Positions 8,723-18,415 of a stretch of 43,743 nucleotides of DNA are shown in pieces. The notes beneath the pieces were generated by a model. It was not told the origin of the DNA. It searched no databases and worked only from the letters and a program-made list of their open reading frames with translations. Numbering within the stretch: the first letter of the stretch is position 1; each line of letters starts with the position of its first letter. The DNA comes from Spirochaetales bacterium. GTDB lineage: Bacteria > Spirochaetota > Spirochaetia > Treponematales > UBA12059. The DNA is taken from assembly GCA_016928955.1 (NCBI GenBank), contig JAFGJV010000039.1:1-43743 (forward strand), given 5' to 3'. A program made the position numbers and the translations under genes.

Positions 8723-10981
8723 ATGAAAAAATACCTGGCGCTGGCGCTCCTTATCCTGGCCGCGGGCACGGCCCTGGCCCTGGATCCGCGCGTTCTGGAC
8801 GCAAGCCTGACAGCCAGCATGGATTACTGGGACGCCGCCGTGCCCTGGATACGCCTGGGCTCCGCTCCGGCAGTCCGCGCTGTCGATCCCAGCCCCATTC
8901 TGAGGGGCCTGTACGGGGATTTTTCTGCGGTGGGCCGATACGAGGAATTTTCCTACCTGATAAGCTTTGTCGAGGACGGGCTTGAAGACGGCTGGCTGGA
9001 GGTCAGGGTGGTCAACGACCAGCCGCCCAGCCCGGGGTTCTGGCCCGCCCGTACCGGGCCCAAATCCGCGGCCATCGTCATATCGGAAAGCGACGAAAAA
9101 CTCCTTGCCTCCGATCCCAACATATACCGCTCGTCCTTCCTGCGGGCGGCCGCCACCCTCTATTTCATTGAGGAAGAACCGTCCCTGTCCGCCCTGTACC
9201 GGGGCCGGAACGTGCTCAACGAGTTTTCTGCCTTCATGTCCGGCTGTTGGGTGGAATCTATCTACCTGGGGGAAATCCGGGGGCTTAAGGGCCCGTCAGG
9301 CCCGGCCAGAAATTACATAGAATTCCTCGTGTCGTCCCTTGTGGGCGACAATTTGGCGTCCGTCGGCAAGAACCTGTTTTTCATGAACATGGACCTGGCC
9401 TACAGCACCATCAACGGCGTCAGCGACGTTGACTCGGCTCAGGCTGCTGTCAAGCTGCTGGAGGGCTTCTCCGGCTTTTACGCCGCGTTCGAGACGGACC
9501 TCAAGCGCTGCGTGTACGGCGACCGGCCCGGCGCCTACCTGCTTGACCGGGCCTTCAGCGCGCGCTCTGTCCTTGTGGCCGTGCCCTGGCTGGAGCTGTC
9601 CATCTGGCGCATGGCCGGCCGCGCAGACACCGAGGTGCAGGACAGCCTGAATAACCTGCAGGCCGAGCTGGCCGAACTCCTGGACGCTTACCGCTATGTG
9701 GACACTTTTGTCAGCGAGTGGCTCATAGGCGCGCACAACGACCTGGCCCTGAGGCCCCCGGAACCCGATGCCCCAGCCGCGAACTCCAGCCAGCTCGCGC
9801 CGGCCGGCATGGACAGCGCCGTGGCCGGAGCCGCCTCCGAGGAGTGGTACCGCTATTGCGTACCGGAAAGCCCCTTCTCCCTGAAAGGCTACCTGCCCCT
9901 TACACGAGAACAGGCAGCTGAGGGCACGGCCTACCGCCTGTCCATGGACGCGGAAGGACGCCTTGTGGCCATTGACCATTACATACACGGCCGCCCGCAG
10001 GGCGGTGAATCCCTGGATTGGGCGGCCAGGCTGGCCATCGAGCGGGATGGCGACACGGAAGTGTGGCGCTGGATCAACCAGGCCGGCGGTCTTGCCACCA
10101 ACCAGCAGGGCTGGAGCATGATGCTGACCCGGCCGGGATCGGGCGTTGCCGAAACCGAGTACCTGTTCTACTCGGCCGACGGACGCCGGGTGCGCGACGT
10201 AAGCGGGGCTTGGTCAGTGATCAGGCGCACCCTCCAGGAAAACTCGTTCGAATATGAATATCGTGACGCTTCAGGACGGCCATTCTCGGCGTTTCTGGGA
10301 TACGCGGTGGACAGGCGGATAGCGCTGACGCCAGATGCCGAGCTCAGGGTCCTGCTGTCTGATACCGGGCGCCCGGCTTTCAGTTCCAGCTGGGGCTACC
10401 AAAAGTCCTTGCACACGGTTACTTCGGAAACCGGTCGCATGCACTCCCGCCTGGAATTCTTCGACACGGACGGCGAGCCTTTCGATGTTCTGGGCGCGTA
10501 CGCCAGCCGGGTGTATTTTCTGTCGGAATCGGAACGCAGGGTGGAGCTTCTGAACAGGGTAGGCCTGCCGACGGACTACGGCTTTGGCTTTTCGTCGGAA
10601 ATCGCAGAACTGGACCGGGGCCTGGTAACGTCCGTCCGCCTGTTCGGGCCGGAAGGCCTGGCGCGTACCGGCGTGGACGGCTACCACAGCGTGGAAATCA
10701 GCCTTGACGCGCGCGGCCTGCCGGTCAGCAGCGCCTTCTTCGACGCTGATGGCAAGCCTACAAGCGGCCTGTACGGCTACCACCGGCGCGACGACACCTA
10801 TGACGAGCGCGGTTTCCTGGTTGAGGCGGTCTTCCTAGACGCTGAGGGCAAGCCCGCAACATCGGAGCTTGGCGCCGCGCGCATACGCTGGTCCCTTGAC
10901 GACCAGGGCACGCCCTACTGGGCGGACGCCTGGGACAAGAACGGCGCCCTGCTGTCCGGCCAGCAGCCCGGCGAACTCTAA
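8723..10981 (+). CDS. Secreted protein with C-terminal YD-like beta repeats
   Basis: Signal peptide MKKYLALALLILAAGTALA and GGAGG SD. Repeated units like FFDADGKP...GY.....YDERG in the C-terminal half. Confidence 0.8.
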   Translation: MKKYLALALLILAAGTALALDPRVLDASLTASMDYWDAAVPWIRLGSAPAVRAVDPSPILRGLYGDFSAVGRYEEFSYLISFVEDGLEDGWLEVRVVNDQPPSPGFWPARTGPKSAAIVISESDEKLLASDPNIYRSSFLRAAATLYFIEEEPSLSALYRGRNVLNEFSAFMSGCWVESIYLGEIRGLKGPSGPARNYIEFLVSSLVGDNLASVGKNLFFMNMDLAYSTINGVSDVDSAQAAVKLLEGFSGFYAAFETDLKRCVYGDRPGAYLLDRAFSARSVLVAVPWLELSIWRMAGRADTEVQDSLNNLQAELAELLDAYRYVDTFVSEWLIGAHNDLALRPPEPDAPAANSSQLAPAGMDSAVAGAASEEWYRYCVPESPFSLKGYLPLTREQAAEGTAYRLSMDAEGRLVAIDHYIHGRPQGGESLDWAARLAIERDGDTEVWRWINQAGGLATNQQGWSMMLTRPGSGVAETEYLFYSADGRRVRDVSGAWSVIRRTLQENSFEYEYRDASGRPFSAFLGYAVDRRIALTPDAELRVLLSDTGRPAFSSSWGYQKSLHTVTSETGRMHSRLEFFDTDGEPFDVLGAYASRVYFLSESERRVELLNRVGLPTDYGFGFSSEIAELDRGLVTSVRLFGPEGLARTGVDGYHSVEISLDARGLPVSSAFFDADGKPTSGLYGYHRRDDTYDERGFLVEAVFLDAEGKPATSELGAARIRWSLDDQGTPYWADAWDKNGALLSGQQPGEL

Positions 10982-10986
10982 CAGGA

Positions 10987-11760
10987 CTAGCGTCCCGTCC
11001 GCTTGCGGATGTATATCTGCTTGCCCGGGTCCAGGGGATTGGACCGTTCCTCGATATCGAACCAGCCGCAGGCCTTGATGAGTTCCCCGAATTTCCGGTA
11101 GCCGTAATTGCGTGGGTCGAATTCGGGCTGGCGGTTAGCCACGTACTGGCCCACCGGACCCAGGTATGCCCAGCCCGAGTCGTCCGCGCTGTCCTCCACC
11201 GCCTGTATGAGCAGGGCGCGCAGCTTCTTGTCCATCTTGAAATCCTGCGCGCTGGATTTTTTGCGCGGCTCATCCTTGGTCCCGGCCGCCTCTTCCTCCG
11301 GTTCGCGCAGGATGTCCGTGTATATGAACTTGTCGCAGGCCGCCACAAAGGGCTTGGGCGTCTTCCTCTCACCGAAACCAAGCACCAGCTTGCCGGCCTC
11401 GCGCATGCGGGCGGCCAGCCGCGTGAAATCCGAATCGCTGGACACCACGCAGAAACCGTCCAGTTTTTCCGTGTACAAGAGGTCCATTGCGTCTATGATC
11501 ATGGCGCTGTCCGTGGCGTTCTTGCCCGTGGTGTACGAAAACTGCTGGATGGGCTGGATGGCGTACTCCAGCAGGCGATCCTTCCAGTGCTTGAGGTTGT
11601 TCGTGGTCCAGTCGCCGTAGATACGCTTGACGCTGGCCACGCCGTACTTGGCCACCTCCGCCAAAAGCCCCTCGGTGATGCTGGACTGGGTGTTGTCCGC
11701 GTCTATGAGCACGGCCAGCTTGAGCTGGGTGCTACTGTATTCCTTGTTAACCGTTGCCAT
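10987..11760 (-). CDS. NYN (PIN-like, LabA/DUF88) domain protein with C-terminal OST-HTH/LOTUS domain
   Basis: LAVLIDADN, KRIYGDW, GKNATDSAMIIDAMDLL, SSDSDF; C-terminal FDPRNYGYRKFGELI. ATG 11760 after GGAG. Confidence 0.93.
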   Translation of the reverse strand: MATVNKEYSSTQLKLAVLIDADNTQSSITEGLLAEVAKYGVASVKRIYGDWTTNNLKHWKDRLLEYAIQPIQQFSYTTGKNATDSAMIIDAMDLLYTEKLDGFCVVSSDSDFTRLAARMREAGKLVLGFGERKTPKPFVAACDKFIYTDILREPEEEAAGTKDEPRKKSSAQDFKMDKKLRALLIQAVEDSADDSGWAYLGPVGQYVANRQPEFDPRNYGYRKFGELIKACGWFDIEERSNPLDPGKQIYIRKRTGR

Positions 11761-13768
11761 AATGTTCTCCGTCTGAATAGTACTCCACAAGGCGTGCCTT
11801 GGCGATATGTTTTACGGGCACGCACACCGTTTCCCGCCCCGCCCGCATGACGACGTACAGGCCGTCTGGCCTGTTGTCCAGCGACTGGGGCAGGCCGAAT
11901 TCCCTGTACTCCCTGTTCCTCTCGGCGCATTTCAGCTCAAGGGCGGCACCCTCCTGTATGGCCCGCTCTATCAGGCGCACCTTGCCTGGATAATCCAGGC
12001 CTGACGCCGTGGCCACGTCCCGCCCTGCGGCTTCCAGCCCCGCCGGATCCAGCACCAGCCCGGCTTTGACGCGGTCACGAGCCGCCGCTTTTGCCGCTTC
12101 GTCCAGGTCCATGTCCTCAAGGCGGGCAAGGAGACCCCTCACCAGCTCACGGCGGCCGTCCTCAGCGCCAGCTCGGCCTGGAACCAGCTCAAGGGGCCCC
12201 ATCTGCCGGAGGACAGCGTCGCCCGGTGCCGCGGCCGGCATGGCCGGCAGGGTCCTGCGGCCAACGCCCCGGACGTCCACGTGGACGCCGATGTTCAGCA
12301 GGGCTTTTTCCGCGTCCTTCAAGGACGCCTGCTTGACCAGGTAGACGCCGTCAGCCAGCTTCTCGTCGACGAGCGACAAGGCCGAAGGCAGGCGCTCGAG
12401 CAGGGACGCGTGTTCGGCGTCCAGCACAACCACGATGCCCGAACGCAGCCGCACGGCCTTGCCCGCCCGTTCCCAGGACTCGAGCGAGAACTTGAGCCCT
12501 TGCGGCAGGGGCCGTCCCGACAAGCCCTCAAGCCTTGAGCCCAGGTCGCCGGCGCTGTACCCCCAGGCATAATCGGCCAGGACGGCGGCCTTGTCCAGCG
12601 TCGCTGTCCACACAAGGTCCGCGCTGTCCAGGCGCGCCAGGGCGGCCACCGTGGCACGGGCCAACGTTCCGGCCTCCGGGAGCAGCCGTATCTCGTGCGA
12701 TTCCTCAATGACGACGGCGGGCTTGTCCGGCTCCGGTCGGCCAAGGGCTGCCCGGGAATCCGTGGCGACAACGCGCCCGTTAGGCAATTCCGCGCACACC
12801 CCAAAATCCAGCAGGGCCGTCATGGTGTCCCGGATGGCCGACACCACGTCGGCCGCCCTGGCCGAGCACAACTCCGCCCCAAAGCCTGCGTACAGGACAC
12901 TTGCCGTAACCAGGAACCAGTCGCCGCGGTTCACCGCAATGCCGTCAGGCAGGGCTGACGCAGCTGCCGCGAACAGGTCGGCGGCGCGCAGGTCGGCGGG
13001 CAGACGTATCCCGTTGGAGGCAAGGTAGGCGACAAAGCTAGGTCCAAGGGACGTGGCCAGGTCCAAAAAGCTCCTCAGATCCAGCTCCGGCCTGGAAGCG
13101 CCGTCGGAAAGCAGGGCCCCCGCCCGCTCCAGCGCCCCAAGGTACAGCCATAGACCCCGGCCACGGTCGTCCATCAGCCAGGGCGCCGTCTTCATGATCC
13201 TTTCCGCGGCCGCTTTGGACAGGGCGTTCCTGCTCCTAAAGGCGGGTTTGGTCTGGCCGCAGGCCGACGCTATGGCGCAGAAACCCGCCAGCGGGTCGGG
13301 CGCAAGCGGGGGCTTGGCGGCAAGCGCGGACGGGGCAAGATCCGCGTCGCCTACCTCCTTGGCCATCGCGGTGGCAAGGGGCGGGCAGAGACCCACACGG
13401 TAACCGGCGGCGCCGGCCCTGTACCTGAAGATAACCATCCTGGACAGGAGGTTGCGCACGCGGGCGGCCGCCTGGGAATCGTCGCCACCAAAAAAAGCCT
13501 CCGACAGCGTGGCCTCAAACAAGCTGAGGGGCAGGTCCCCGGATTTGCCGAGCAGGGCCACGGCTGCCCGGTCGCAGGCGTCCAGCAGGGCGCAGGCGGC
13601 GGCCGCCACGTCGGGCTTGCGCACATACGATTCCAGCCTGGCTGCCAACTCGTGCTTGTTGAACGGCGTGCGTACCGGGCCGAGCCAGCGTTTGGCGGCA
13701 GTTATGAGGTGGTCGTCCGGATCGGCAATGAGGGCGTCTTTCCAGCGCCTCAGAGCGTCGGTTCCCAT
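11747..13768 (-). CDS. XPB-associated protein (Helicase_C_3-like domain, WYL-like C-terminus)
   Basis: LGPVRTPFNKHEL N-terminus; LEGLSGRPLPQGLKFSLESW resembles the XPB N-terminal/Helicase_C_3 unit; GLDYPGKVRLIERAI C-terminus. Overlaps the XPB stop. Confidence 0.75.
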   Translation of the reverse strand: MGTDALRRWKDALIADPDDHLITAAKRWLGPVRTPFNKHELAARLESYVRKPDVAAAACALLDACDRAAVALLGKSGDLPLSLFEATLSEAFFGGDDSQAAARVRNLLSRMVIFRYRAGAAGYRVGLCPPLATAMAKEVGDADLAPSALAAKPPLAPDPLAGFCAIASACGQTKPAFRSRNALSKAAAERIMKTAPWLMDDRGRGLWLYLGALERAGALLSDGASRPELDLRSFLDLATSLGPSFVAYLASNGIRLPADLRAADLFAAAASALPDGIAVNRGDWFLVTASVLYAGFGAELCSARAADVVSAIRDTMTALLDFGVCAELPNGRVVATDSRAALGRPEPDKPAVVIEESHEIRLLPEAGTLARATVAALARLDSADLVWTATLDKAAVLADYAWGYSAGDLGSRLEGLSGRPLPQGLKFSLESWERAGKAVRLRSGIVVVLDAEHASLLERLPSALSLVDEKLADGVYLVKQASLKDAEKALLNIGVHVDVRGVGRRTLPAMPAAAPGDAVLRQMGPLELVPGRAGAEDGRRELVRGLLARLEDMDLDEAAKAAARDRVKAGLVLDPAGLEAAGRDVATASGLDYPGKVRLIERAIQEGAALELKCAERNREYREFGLPQSLDNRPDGLYVVMRAGRETVCVPVKHIAKARLVEYYSDGEHYGNG
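11777..11805 (-). promoter_or_regulatory. Possible internal promoter for the NYN gene
   Basis: TCGCCA-17nt-TACTAT inside the 3' end of the upstream CDS. Confidence 0.4.
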
Positions 13769-15432
13769 TCACCCTCCTCCCAGGCTTCTATGGTGTAGCG
13801 GTAGCCTTGTTCCGTCAGGAACCTGCGGCGGTTGTCCGCGAATTCCTCCTCCACCGTGTACCGGGTCACTATGGAATAGAAGTGCGAATTGCGGGCCTTG
13901 GGCCTGAGGATACGGCCCAGGCGCTGGGCTTCCTCCTGCCGCGACCCGAAGGTGCCCGACACCTGTATGGCAACCGACGCGTCCGGCAGGTCTATGGCAA
14001 AGTTGGCCACCTTGGACACCACCAGCACATGGATATGGCCCTCCCGGAATTCCCGGTACAGGCGCTCGCGCTCCGCGTTGGGCGTCTGCCCGGTGATCAG
14101 GGGCGCGTTCAGGGCCTTGGCCAGTTTCCTGAGCTGGTCCAGGAACTGCCCGATGACCAGGATCAGGTCCTCGCGGTGGTTGTCCAGGATGTCCCTCAAG
14201 GCCCTTTCCTTTACCGGGTTTTCCGCGGCCAGGCGGTGGCGGTCCCGCTGGCCCGCGCCGATATAACGGAGGCGCTCGGCATCGGGCAGGGGCACACGGA
14301 TTTCACGGCAGAAGGCCTCGGCTATGAAGCCCTTGGCCTCAAGGTCCTTCCACGGCACGTCGTAGCGCTTGGGCCCGATCAGGCTGAACACGTCCTCCTC
14401 CAGGCCGTCCTCCCTGATCAGCGTAGCCGTCAGTCCCAGCCGGCGTATGGCCTGGATCTCGGCCACCACCCTGAACACGGGAGCGGGCAGGAGATGCACC
14501 TCGTCGTATATGATGAGTCCCCAGCGCTCGCGGCGGAACAGCTCGAAATGCGGAAAGTCGGCGTCCTTATCCGGCCGCCAGGTCAGGACCTGGTAGGTGG
14601 CCACCGTGACCGGCCGCACGTTCTTGGCCGAGCCCGTATACTCGCCAATGTCGTCCGCGGACAGATCCGTCTTGTCCAGGAGCTCGTCTATCCACTGGTG
14701 CACGGCGGCCACATTGGTGGTGATGATGAGGGTTTTCCGCCCCAGGGCTGCCATTGCCGCCATGCCCACCACGGTTTTACCGGCCCCGCACGGCATGACG
14801 ATCACCCCGTACCCCGTGCCCCGCCCGCCCTGGCCCACAAAAGCCTTTACGGCGTCCTCCTGGTAGGGACGTAGGCCAAATATCTGCCCGTTGGGCCGCT
14901 GGTCCCTCAGGCGTATGTCGTGCGGGTCGCCGTCGACAAGCGGGGCCGCGTCCATAGCCGGCCAGCCAATCTTGATAAGCTCGCGCTTGACCGTGCCCCG
15001 GTCGGTCAGCCTGACCAGAAAGCCATCGCCGTCGGGCGACAGGAATTTGCCCAGCTTCTTGTGGGCGTCCAGTTCGCGGCGTACATAGGGGTCGGCGCAA
15101 CGCAGGGACAACAGCCCTGGTTCCGGGCCCGGACCCAGGACCAGGCGGCCGAACCTGGACATGGTTTCCCTGACGCCGCTGGCGAGCGACGGCGGGAGCT
15201 CGTAGCGCGACCAGCGCGACAGCGCGGCCACCACCTCGTCGGCGGACAGGCCGGCGCTTGCGGCGTTCCAGAGCGACAGGGCGTCCAGCCGGTAGCTGTG
15301 CATGTGCTCCGGGCTCTTTTCCAGCGTGGCAAAGGCCGACAGCTCGGCCCTGGCCTCGTCAAAGGACGGGTCGTGGGCGTCAAGGAGCAGGGACTGGTCG
15401 CTCTGGGCTATGAGGGGTCGGCCTTTTTGCAT
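13750..15432 (-). CDS. xpb: DNA repair helicase XPB/Rad25 (SF2)
   Basis: LEKSPEHMHSYRL, LRPYQ, MPCGAGKT (Walker A), DEVH, TATLIRED (RED motif) and QRLGRILRPK. Start ATG 15432. Confidence 0.95.
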   Translation of the reverse strand: MQKGRPLIAQSDQSLLLDAHDPSFDEARAELSAFATLEKSPEHMHSYRLDALSLWNAASAGLSADEVVAALSRWSRYELPPSLASGVRETMSRFGRLVLGPGPEPGLLSLRCADPYVRRELDAHKKLGKFLSPDGDGFLVRLTDRGTVKRELIKIGWPAMDAAPLVDGDPHDIRLRDQRPNGQIFGLRPYQEDAVKAFVGQGGRGTGYGVIVMPCGAGKTVVGMAAMAALGRKTLIITTNVAAVHQWIDELLDKTDLSADDIGEYTGSAKNVRPVTVATYQVLTWRPDKDADFPHFELFRRERWGLIIYDEVHLLPAPVFRVVAEIQAIRRLGLTATLIREDGLEEDVFSLIGPKRYDVPWKDLEAKGFIAEAFCREIRVPLPDAERLRYIGAGQRDRHRLAAENPVKERALRDILDNHREDLILVIGQFLDQLRKLAKALNAPLITGQTPNAERERLYREFREGHIHVLVVSKVANFAIDLPDASVAIQVSGTFGSRQEEAQRLGRILRPKARNSHFYSIVTRYTVEEEFADNRRRFLTEQGYRYTIEAWEEGEWEPTL

Positions 15433-15438
15433 CCGATT

Positions 15439-15468
15439 GTTGTACCACGCGGCGGGATGCGCTGTCAA
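15439..15468 (-). promoter_or_regulatory. Sigma70 promoter, probably leaderless, for xpb
   Basis: TTGACA-18nt-(TGG)TACAAC, then 6 nt to the ATG; no SD. Confidence 0.65.
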
Positions 15469-15485
15469 AGAGCGGCCGCATACCC

Positions 15486-16523
15486 TTACGGCGCCGGACT
15501 GAGCACAGCCCGCAAAGGCAGATGGTCCGACCAGCCCTCACCCAGCCGGGAATTCCAAGCCACCGGGTTTCCGTCGTCGTCGACCAAAGGTTCCGTAATG
15601 ACGGCGCCGAACTCGGTCAACGTAAAGCCGCCCGGTCCCAGGGCGCCGGCGGTCATGAGCATGTTGTCTATCCGCTCGTCGACGCCCGCGTACCGGTAAC
15701 TGTAGCCCCGGGTCCAGGGGCAGTACAGCACGGGTCCCCCGGCTTGCCCCGGTTCCTGCCCGAGCACCGTGCCGGCGTTATCGGATATGAGGACGCAGGA
15801 ACCGGCGCCGGACCCGGCCGGCATGAGGGCCGTGGGATAGGCCATGGACACGCGCTCGTACTCGTCCGGGTTTTCGTTGAAATCGCCGGCCACGATCAGG
15901 GCCAGCGACGGGTCGGCGGCCAGCCGCTCTGCAAGCACGGCGCGGACCAGGGACGCGGCCAGGCGCCTGTCCCCCTCGGTCTCCTCCGCTCCGCCCAGCT
16001 TGCTTTTCCAGTGCACGGCCAGCACCACAAGGCGCTTGCCGCCCACGTCAAGCTCGGCCTCCAGCATGGTGCGCTGGCTCGACCCGTCGGCGGCGGCCGA
16101 ATCCTGCACGCGGTGGGCCCTGAGCGCGAGGACGGGATACCGGGACAGAATGCCGCACCCGAGGGCGGCTCCGTCCGGCGGGGCGTCGGCCAGGTAGGGG
16201 TAGCCGCCCAGCTCGTCGGCCAGGTCCGACACTACTCTCTCGTTCTCGGCTTCCTGGACCACAAGAATGTCCGGCCCGTCCGGCTCGGCCAGGAGTATGG
16301 CGTCGGCCATGAGACGGACGCGCTCCCGGTACAGGACCGCGCTCCAGTAGCCCTTGGCCACCGAAAAGTCGTCGTATTCATTGCCCTGGTCCACCGGATC
16401 AAAGAGGGTCATCAGGTTGTAGCTCATGACGACGACGTCATCCCGGGGGCTGAAATCCAGAAGACAGCCCGACACGGCCAGGCACAGCGGCATAAGCACG
16501 GCCGCATATACGCGCGTAGGCAT
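15486..16523 (-). CDS. Endonuclease/exonuclease/phosphatase (EEP) family lipoprotein
   Basis: MSYNL, LVVQEAE, HWKSK, AGDFNE, IDNML and SDHLP; lipobox-like LAVSGC. ATG 16523 after GGGAGG. Confidence 0.9.
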   Translation of the reverse strand: MPTRVYAAVLMPLCLAVSGCLLDFSPRDDVVVMSYNLMTLFDPVDQGNEYDDFSVAKGYWSAVLYRERVRLMADAILLAEPDGPDILVVQEAENERVVSDLADELGGYPYLADAPPDGAALGCGILSRYPVLALRAHRVQDSAAADGSSQRTMLEAELDVGGKRLVVLAVHWKSKLGGAEETEGDRRLAASLVRAVLAERLAADPSLALIVAGDFNENPDEYERVSMAYPTALMPAGSGAGSCVLISDNAGTVLGQEPGQAGGPVLYCPWTRGYSYRYAGVDERIDNMLMTAGALGPGGFTLTEFGAVITEPLVDDDGNPVAWNSRLGEGWSDHLPLRAVLSPAP

Positions 16524-16554
16524 AGGCACCTCCCGAAAGGCCGGGAGTGGCGTG

Positions 16555-17553
16555 TTACCGCCCTGCCAGGCCTTCCTTGAGCACATACGCCACGGCGACG
16601 CCCGCCGATTGAGCATCCGGGCACACAGGCTCGAAAACCTGGCCCGTAATGGCCTCGAACGCATCCATGTAGCGCAGGGCCGTTTCCACGCGCACGTCGT
16701 CGTCTATGGCGGGAGGCGCGCCGTCGCCCGAGAAGCCGCGTTCGACCAGCCAGCGCCTGAAGGTTTCCTTGTCCAGCTCGCGCTGGTTGCTGTCAGCCCG
16801 GTAGCGTTCGGCGTAGCCGTCAGCGTACCAGTAGCGGCTGGAATCCGGCGTGTGTATCTCGTCCGCCACCACCAGGCGGCCGTCGGTCAGGCCGAATTCG
16901 TATTTTGTGTCGACCAGAATGAGTCCGCGGGACGACGCCAGCTCCTGGCCGCGGGCAAAGAGGGCAAGCGCCAGCCGCTCTGCCTCTGCCCACACGTCTG
17001 CGTCCACGGCGCCCGACGACACAAGTTCGTCGCCGGAGCAGGGCCGGTCGTGTCCGGACGCTTCCTTGGTGCTTGGCGTTATGACGGGGCGCGGAAGCCG
17101 CTGGTTGCGCCTGAGGCCCGCGGGGAAATCCGCGCCGGGCACGGGTCGGCCGGCCGCGTAATCCCGCCAGGCCGACCCGGTCAGGTAGCCGCGCACCACC
17201 ACCTCGACGGGGAGCATGTCGCAGCGCCTGGCCAGCACGCAGCGGCCAGATCGCGCCAGGGCGTCCAGTCCGCCGGTTTGGCGCGCGTCCAGCAGGTGAT
17301 TGGGAACAATGTCTGCCGTGCGCTCGAACCACCATCCGGACACCCGGCTCAGGATCTCGCCCTTCCAGGGCACGGTGGACAGGACGCGGTCAAAGGCCGA
17401 TATGCGGTCGCTGGCCACCAGGGCCACCGCGTTGCCCAGGCTGACCACGTCGCGCACCTTGCCTCGGTACAGGGCGGCGCCCGGCGGGACGTCGCCGTCT
17501 GCCAGGCCGCTGAAAGCGCCTCCGAGGGCGCCCCGGACGCGCTCTGCCGTCAT
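16555..17553 (-). CDS. purC: Phosphoribosylaminoimidazole-succinocarboxamide (SAICAR) synthase
   Basis: YRGKVRD, SDRISAFD, EVVVRGYLTGS, ITPSTK, VDTKYEFG and DEIHTPDSSRYW. Confidence 0.97.
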   Translation of the reverse strand: MTAERVRGALGGAFSGLADGDVPPGAALYRGKVRDVVSLGNAVALVASDRISAFDRVLSTVPWKGEILSRVSGWWFERTADIVPNHLLDARQTGGLDALARSGRCVLARRCDMLPVEVVVRGYLTGSAWRDYAAGRPVPGADFPAGLRRNQRLPRPVITPSTKEASGHDRPCSGDELVSSGAVDADVWAEAERLALALFARGQELASSRGLILVDTKYEFGLTDGRLVVADEIHTPDSSRYWYADGYAERYRADSNQRELDKETFRRWLVERGFSGDGAPPAIDDDVRVETALRYMDAFEAITGQVFEPVCPDAQSAGVAVAYVLKEGLAGR

Positions 17554-18173
17554 AAGCCCAGTTCGTCCCGGCTTTTGACGATGCGGGACACCAGGCCGTA
17601 GCCCAGGGCGTCCTCCGCGTTCATCCAGTAGTCGCGGTCCGTGTCGCGGACCACGCGGTCCAGCGGCTGGCCGGTCTCCTCGGCGATCAGCTTGTTCAGC
17701 TTGTCACGGGTTTTCTCCAGCTCGCGCGCGTGGATCTCTATCTCCGTGGCCACGCCGCGGAGGCCGGATAGGGGCTGGTGTATGAGATAGTGGGAATTGG
17801 GCAGGGCCACGCGGCGCTCCTTGGGAGCTGCCAGGAGGATCAGCGCGCCGGCACTGGCCACCAGGCCCATGCCGACCATCCACACATCGGGCTTCACGAA
17901 GCGCGCCATGTCAAAGATGGCGTAACCTGCGTCAACGTCGCCGCCGGGGCTGTCTATCATCACCTTGATGGGGTCGGCGCTCTTGGACTCAAGAAGGATC
18001 AGCTGGCGTATCACGCGCTCGGCCAGTTCCTTGTTCACCTGTCCGGACAGCAAGATGGTCCGGGTTTCCAGAAGACGCTCGGCAAGGGCGTCCGGGAAAC
18101 GCTGCGGCGTATCGTCGTCATCGTCGTCGTCATCGTCATTAAAACGGCCATAACGTTGGCTGGATATGGACAT
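17550..18173 (-). CDS. clpP: ATP-dependent Clp protease proteolytic subunit
   Basis: IDSPGG, GLVASAG (Ser), IHQP (His) and DRDYWM (Asp). Stop overlaps the purC start (ATGA). Confidence 0.96.
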   Translation of the reverse strand: MSISSQRYGRFNDDDDDDDDDTPQRFPDALAERLLETRTILLSGQVNKELAERVIRQLILLESKSADPIKVMIDSPGGDVDAGYAIFDMARFVKPDVWMVGMGLVASAGALILLAAPKERRVALPNSHYLIHQPLSGLRGVATEIEIHARELEKTRDKLNKLIAEETGQPLDRVVRDTDRDYWMNAEDALGYGLVSRIVKSRDELGL

Positions 18174-18222
18174 AGCTACTCCTAAGGCGGGGACTGGGAA
18201 CGCGATGGCGCGCCACGACTGC

Positions 18223-18251
18223 AGTATACTGAAAAACCGGGGACACGGCTA
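18223..18251 (-). promoter_or_regulatory. Putative sigma70 promoter for clpP-purC-EEP
   Basis: TAGCCG-17nt-TATACT on the minus strand. Confidence 0.55.
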
Positions 18252-18415
18252 CGCGTGGGCCGCGCGCCTACAGGCTGATTGCGCGTGGTCGGGGGTCGGC
18301 AGGGCTTTTCTTTTATATAGTTTTTCATATATTGTATACACCTGCGCTGGAGCAGATCCGCGCCGAATATCCCGGCCAGAGCGTCGCCCCGGTGAGCGGC
18401 GCCAAGGAGTCACCC

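Noticed and set aside
9900..10981. Rhs/YD polymorphic toxin
   Set aside because: No Rhs core cleavage motif, toxin domain or immunity gene. The adjacent NYN gene is convergent and belongs to another unit.
18111..18137. GAC/GAT trinucleotide run encoding 9 Asp at the ClpP N-terminus as a contingency locus
   Set aside because: In-frame, mixed codons and located in the variable N-terminal region; not a phase-variation tract.
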